64,000 nucleotides of DNA from NCBI GenBank assembly GCA_963668645.2, contig CAXXWC010000001.1, forward strand, positions 320,001 to 384,000. Reading direction: 5' to 3'. The notes under the pieces were generated by a model. It saw only the letters and a program-made list of their open reading frames with translations, was not told the origin of the DNA and ran no database searches. This DNA comes from Desulfobacterales bacterium. Its GTDB lineage: Bacteria > Desulfobacterota > Desulfobacteria > Desulfobacterales > UBA2174. The position numbers were made by a program, and so were the translations under genes. Positions within the stretch are counted from its first letter, which is position 1. Each line of letters starts with the position of its first letter. Of the stretch, positions 59,647-64,000 are shown in pieces.

Positions 59647-60645
59647 CGGGTGGGCGATCACCGGGCGGCCGTTCGGCAGGTTGACGGGGCGATCCACCCG
59701 GCAAGCACTTGGAACGGTTCAGGGTCTTCGTGGTCCGGGCCGTTTCGCCTTCATGGGGGCCGACACCGGGACCGGTGGCCTTGTGACACCGGCGCCAGTC
59801 TCCGGGAAATCGGGCGGTAGGTTAGCGGCCGAAGTTGAACGGTATTTTGAAACGCGGGTGAATCCGGGAACGATTTACCATCGAGCAAGGCGGATTGAAG
59901 GCGGTGCAAATGTACCGGCAAGGCAACCAACCGAAACCACAACAGAAACCCCGAAATCAAACGAAATCAAACGTGAACCCGCCAAAGACGGGACTATGCG
60001 CGGCGGCGCCAGGGCCGGGGCGGGACGGGACGGCGGCCACCTCGAAGCCACCCGGCAACCGGCCGCCCGACGGCGGGTGATCATGGGGCGAACGTCAGCG
60101 CCAGCCGGCAGGCAATCACCCGGCGATCAGGCCGGCGGCCAACGGGGAGGGGCAGGCGAACCACCCGGCAACCATTCGCGCCCCGGCCGCCGGCACCGGG
60201 CCGGGCTTCCAGCCGTGGGGCCGTGGCGGGACCGTGGGCGCCGATCAACCGGAAACCGATGAAGGCGCCGGCCGTGGGCGATCACCGGCCGGCTTCGGTG
60301 CCGAGAGGGCCGTGTGGGTGTAGGGCCTATGGCGAGGCTGGGCGGGCTTGTGAGCTGGACCGATCACCGGGCGACCGTGGGTCTATCATCGAGCGGACGC
60401 CAGGGAGTCGAGGGGCGCCAGGATCGAGCGGCAAGGCCGGGCGGCGGTCATAGGTCGGGTCACCCTTGTGGGGGCTTCCAGGGGCGTGCAAGCCGTCCGG
60501 GTGGCCGGGTGGCCGGGTGGGGGTGCCCTGCGCGGCAGAGAAAAAAAACCGACGGTCTTCAGTCGGTGCCATTAAAGGCTATCTCTTTACCCTGTTTTGC
60601 CTTCAAAGTGTGGGGAATAGCGTGGGGACCAAAATTTATATGCAT

Positions 60646-60680
60646 AAAAAAAGGGGCTACGATTTTCGTCGTAACCCCTT
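60646..60680 (-). terminator. tRNA operon terminator carried by the element end
   Basis: AAGGGGTTACGAC-GAAAA-TCGTAGCCCCTTTTTTT on the minus strand. Confidence 0.8.
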
Positions 60681-60690
60681 GATTTTGTTT

Positions 60691-60765
60691 TGGAGGCGGC
60701 ATCCGGATTTGAACCGGAGAATAACGGCTTTGCAGGCCGCTGCCTTACCACTTGGCTATGCCGCC
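60691..60765 (-). tRNA. tRNA-Cys(GCA), integration target
   Basis: GGCGGCATAGCCAAGTGGTAAGGCA GCGGC CTGCAAA GCCGT..GGTTCAAATCC..CTCCA. Confidence 0.96.
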
Positions 60766-60766
60766 G

Positions 60767-60841
60767 TGGAGCGGGAAACGGGATTTGAACCCGCGACTTC
60801 GACCTTGGCAAGGTCGCACTCTACCACTGAGTTATTCCCGC
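60767..60841 (-). tRNA. tRNA-Gly(GCC)
   Basis: GCGGGAATAACTCAGTGGTAGAGTG CGACC TTGCCAA GGTCG..GGTTCAAATCCC..CTCCA. Confidence 0.96.
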
Positions 60842-60906
60842 GCTGCAAGAATCGGCATAATTAAATAATCGGACCGTTTTGTCAAGGCCCAAAATGCGCA
60901 GCCGCT

Positions 60907-61467
60907 TCAGGTAAACTGCATCAGACGCCGGAAGCGCACGAAGTAATCAATCCCCGACCAGAGGGTCAGGATCAACGCCAGCCAGAGAAAGACGTCCCCC
61001 ACCTGGGTAAAATCGATCCCGAGAAACGGATAATGGATCAACAGCGGGATGATGGCCGCAATCTGAAAGCCGGTCTTGTACTTGCCCAGACTCGAGGCCG
61101 AGAGGTCCTCTTTTCCCTCGGCCATGAAGTTGCGCAACCCGGTCACCGCCAGCTCCCTGCCGATGATGATGCAGATCATCCAGGCCGGCACCCAGCCCAG
61201 GCCCGTGAGCATGATAAAGGCGGTGGAAACCAGCAGCTTGTCGGCCAATGGATCCATGATGCGGCCGAAATTGGAGACCATCCCGTGCTCGCGCGCCAGA
61301 TACCCGTCAAAAAAGTCCGTGATCGCCGCGATGGAAAAAATCACCGCCGCCAGAAAACTGTTCAGGCGGTTGGGAAAAAGCATCAGCACCACGATCAGTG
61401 GAACGGCGACGATCCGTCCCAGGGTGAGAAAGTTTGGATGCAAGATCCAATGGGCCATCTTTTTCAT
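60907..61467 (-). CDS. pgsA: CDP-diacylglycerol-glycerol-3-phosphate 3-phosphatidyltransferase
   Basis: PNFLTLGR, TDFFDGYLAR..G..MDPLADK; adjacent to tRNA-Gly/Cys. Confidence 0.94.
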   Translation of the reverse strand: MKKMAHWILHPNFLTLGRIVAVPLIVVLMLFPNRLNSFLAAVIFSIAAITDFFDGYLAREHGMVSNFGRIMDPLADKLLVSTAFIMLTGLGWVPAWMICIIIGRELAVTGLRNFMAEGKEDLSASSLGKYKTGFQIAAIIPLLIHYPFLGIDFTQVGDVFLWLALILTLWSGIDYFVRFRRLMQFT

Positions 61468-61487
61468 CGCAGCAATCCTGCACCCGG

Positions 61488-62132
61488 CTATTTCTGGGCC
61501 TTTTCCCAGTCGGCCAGAAAGGCCTTGAGGCCTTTGTCCGTCAACGGATGGGCCGCCAGCTTGGCCAGCACGTTGAAGGGAATCGTGGCGATATCGGCGC
61601 CCATCAGGGCCGATTCGAGCACGTGCAGCGGGTTGCGTACGCTGGCCACGATAATCTCGGTCTCAAGAGCGTAGTTGCTGTAAATATCCACGATCTGCTC
61701 GACCAGCTCCATCCCATCCTGGCTCACATCGTCCAGGCGCCCGACAAAGGGACTCACGTAGGTGGCGCCCGCCTTGGCCGCCATCAGGGCCTGGAGCGGG
61801 GAAAAGATCAGGGTCACGTTGGTTTTGATCCCTTCGGCGGCTAGTATCCGCACCGCCTTGAGCCCCTCGACCAGCATGGGAATCTTGACGACGATGTTTT
61901 GGTGAATCTTGGCCAGTTCCCGGGCTTCGCGCACCATGGTGTCACAGTCCGTGCCGATCACTTCGGCACTGATCGGACCGTCCACAATCTGGCAGATCTC
62001 GCGGATGATGGTCTCAAAGGGGCGGCCTTCCTTGGCGATCAACGAGGGGTTGGTGGTGACCCCGTCGACCATTCCCATCCGGTTGGCTTCCTTGATTTCT
62101 TCCACATTGGCCGTGTCGATGAAAAACTTCAT
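61488..62132 (-). CDS. fsa: Transaldolase/fructose-6-phosphate aldolase (short type)
   Basis: [33 protein letters not shown]. Confidence 0.92.
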   Translation of the reverse strand: MKFFIDTANVEEIKEANRMGMVDGVTTNPSLIAKEGRPFETIIREICQIVDGPISAEVIGTDCDTMVREARELAKIHQNIVVKIPMLVEGLKAVRILAAEGIKTNVTLIFSPLQALMAAKAGATYVSPFVGRLDDVSQDGMELVEQIVDIYSNYALETEIIVASVRNPLHVLESALMGADIATIPFNVLAKLAAHPLTDKGLKAFLADWEKAQK

Positions 62133-62283
62133 GTCCAAATTCTCCCTGGTTGGTAACTGGTCACTGTTCCTTGGTTACGGTTTTTTGCTCATTGGCATGG
62201 GTCAACGGTCGCCGACCGCTGAGTGCTTCCCCGGCAAGTCTGCAGGTGGTCTTTGCCGACTTGCCGGTTTCGGATTCTTGATC

Positions 62284-62790
62284 TCAGATCGCCTCCACGG
62301 CCTGGTCAGCCAGGGCCGGGTCGGCCAGGAGGGTTGCCATGGTCTTGTCCAGTAAGGGATGACGTTCCCCTGGGCCTATATCACAGAGCGGCTGCAATAC
62401 GAAGCGCCTTTTGTGCATGCGCGGGTGGGGCAGAATCACGGGGCCGCTCTCCAGGATAATTCGATCATAGAGCAGAATGTCAAGATCAAGGGGTCTGGGG
62501 CCGAAACGCGGCCCTCCGCAGCGCCGGCCCAGGGTCTGTTCAATATTCTTGAGCCGAGCGAGCAGATCTTCGGGCCCCAGGCGGGTTTCGATGAGGGCGG
62601 CGGCGTTGACGAACCAGTCCTGCTCAGCATAGTCCTGGGGGGCGGTCCGGTAAAAGCGGCTCAAGGCCAGGATACGTCCGCTTCCGCTGCTTTCGATGGC
62701 CGCGAGCCCCTGCCGGCAGGCGGCCAGCTTGTCACCCAGATTGGCGCCAACACCGATATAGGCGCGGTGCAGCGCCCCGGCCTGCGTCAT
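62284..62790 (-). CDS. folK: 2-amino-4-hydroxy-6-hydroxymethyldihydropteridine pyrophosphokinase
   Basis: IGVGANLGD, FVNA, GPRPLDLDIL, PHPRMHKRRFVLQPL. Confidence 0.94.
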   Translation of the reverse strand: MTQAGALHRAYIGVGANLGDKLAACRQGLAAIESSGSGRILALSRFYRTAPQDYAEQDWFVNAAALIETRLGPEDLLARLKNIEQTLGRRCGGPRFGPRPLDLDILLYDRIILESGPVILPHPRMHKRRFVLQPLCDIGPGERHPLLDKTMATLLADPALADQAVEAI

Positions 62791-62803
62791 AATCAGCGCA
62801 TCT

Positions 62804-63640
62804 TCAGTTCTGCCAGGCATCGACACCGAGCTTTCCGCTGCAAATCAGACGGGCCTCGCCCTGAAGTTTCACCTGGTCGAATCCGTCGCCGGTGACGATA
62901 AAACCGATGGTCAAACTGCTCCCGCTTTGGGTATGCGCTGTTATCGGCCCCGTCCAGCCAAAACGCGCCGAGGCAGCCAGGGCCGCCGCCGAAGCGCCTG
63001 TCCCGCAGGCCAGGGTCTCGATCTCCACCCCCCGCTCGTAGGTCCGCACCGCCAAAAGTCCCGGGGAAAGCACCTCGGCGAAATTGACATTGGTGCCCGC
63101 CGGGACAAATTGCGGATGCCGACGGATCCGGCGGCCGATCCCGGCCACGTCGATTCCGGCCAGATCGGAGACAAAGATCACCACGTGGGGCACACCGGTA
63201 TCGATGGCGTCCATCACGACGGTGCGCCCGTCCAGATCCAGGGCCAGGTCCATGACCAGCGGGCCGGGCCGGGTAAGGGCCACTTCCACCTGATCGCCTT
63301 GCATCTCGGCCTCGATGATCCCGGCCAAGGTCCGAAAACGCATCCGGGGGCCGGCAATCCCTTGCATAAAGGCAAACCTTGCTGCACAGCGCGCCCCGTT
63401 GCCGCACATCTCGGCCGTGCTCCCATCGTCGTTGAAAAAGCGCCAGCTAAAATCGACCTCGCCGTCCGCCTCGATGAGAATCAGGCCGTCGGCGCCCAGC
63501 GAGACCCGGCGGCGGCAAAAACGCCGAGCCATTTCGGCCGCCTGTGGACCGATCTTTCCATCCCGGTTGTCGATGAGGATAAAATCGTTGCCGGCCCCAC
63601 TCATCTTGGCAAAAGCCAACGGCTTCGGCGCCAGAGTCAT
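62804..63640 (-). CDS. dapF: Diaminopimelate epimerase
   Basis: KMSGAGNDF, EMCGNGARC, GVPH, ERGVE.ETLACGTG. Confidence 0.95.
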   Translation of the reverse strand: MTLAPKPLAFAKMSGAGNDFILIDNRDGKIGPQAAEMARRFCRRRVSLGADGLILIEADGEVDFSWRFFNDDGSTAEMCGNGARCAARFAFMQGIAGPRMRFRTLAGIIEAEMQGDQVEVALTRPGPLVMDLALDLDGRTVVMDAIDTGVPHVVIFVSDLAGIDVAGIGRRIRRHPQFVPAGTNVNFAEVLSPGLLAVRTYERGVEIETLACGTGASAAALAASARFGWTGPITAHTQSGSSLTIGFIVTGDGFDQVKLQGEARLICSGKLGVDAWQN

Positions 63641-63662
63641 GCCAGCCTCCACAGTGCAAGGG

Positions 63663-64000
63663 TCAAAACGGCACGGCAGCAAGGTTCGAATCGGCAATAC
63701 GCCGCCGCCCGCGAAAGGATGTCACCTTGTAGATGCAGCGTCCCGCCGGCGTATCCGGATCCCGCCACGTCAGGCGCCACGGCTGCTGGATGGGCCGGTC
63801 GGCGGCATTCAGGTTCAGTCGACCGATCTTTTGAAACAACAGCGGGCATCCCTCGCACGATTGCGGCCCGAGCCAGGCCCGGTAGATAACAAAGCTTTCG
63901 GGCAGCAGGTCGCCCGAAGTTTTAGACAGGCTCCAGGCAAGAACCGCCTCTTTTCCCTCAATGCGCGCGGTCAAGTCGGCCACCGGCGGCAGAGGAAGGT
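63663..64000 (-). CDS. 3' part of a hypothetical FN3-like protein, possibly a lipoprotein; start lies beyond the window
   Basis: LPPVADL..VLAW..F.IYR..CEGCP..YKV pattern. Confidence 0.55.
   Translation of the reverse strand, partial: LPLPPVADLTARIEGKEAVLAWSLSKTSGDLLPESFVIYRAWLGPQSCEGCPLLFQKIGRLNLNAADRPIQQPWRLTWRDPDTPAGRCIYKVTSFRGRRRIADSNLAAVPF

Larger units (their letters stand above)
49288..60739. mobile_element. Integrated phage-satellite-like element (PICI/PICMI-like) in tRNA-Cys, about 11.4 kb
   Basis: Bounded by att repeats; integrase, AlpA-like gene, primase-helicase, HNH and cargo; no capsid, tail or conjugation genes. Confidence 0.88.

Noticed and set aside
49288..60739. Complete prophage or ICE
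   Set aside because: No structural, lysis, relaxase or T4SS genes between the att sites

Overview
High-GC bacterial chromosome segment. Gene content suggests an anaerobic Desulfobacterota-type organism (inference). From 1 to 42.9 kb it is mostly core and catabolic genes: an AtuA/CoA-transferase/TAXI-TRAP operon, acetoacetate-CoA ligase, NfeD-SPFH-YajD, a 4-subunit 2-oxoacid:ferredoxin oxidoreductase operon extended by a NuoEFG-like (HydCB/BamGHI-like) module and a di-iron protein, a complete glycine cleavage plus lipoylation cluster, thiolase, acyl-CoA dehydrogenase, nfo, a decayed acyl-CoA synthetase and a GntR-amidohydrolase-TRAP unit. From 42.9 to 60.8 kb is an accessory hotspot between tRNA-Leu(TAA) and tRNA-Cys/tRNA-Gly. 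It holds (i) a two-gene cassette, a CHAT protease-NB-ARC-TPR NLR-like protein with five near-identical 120-bp sensor repeats plus a small membrane-helix partner, which is the best candidate here for an uncharacterised protease-activated immune system; and (ii) an 11.4-kb phage-satellite-like element integrated in tRNA-Cys (integrase, AlpA, primase-helicase, iteron-like palindrome, HNH plus cos-like site) whose ApeA-like HEPN cargo gene is cleanly split by an IS66. The right end returns to core genes (pgsA, fsa/tal, folK, dapF). All product calls come from motif recognition by eye; no database searches were run.
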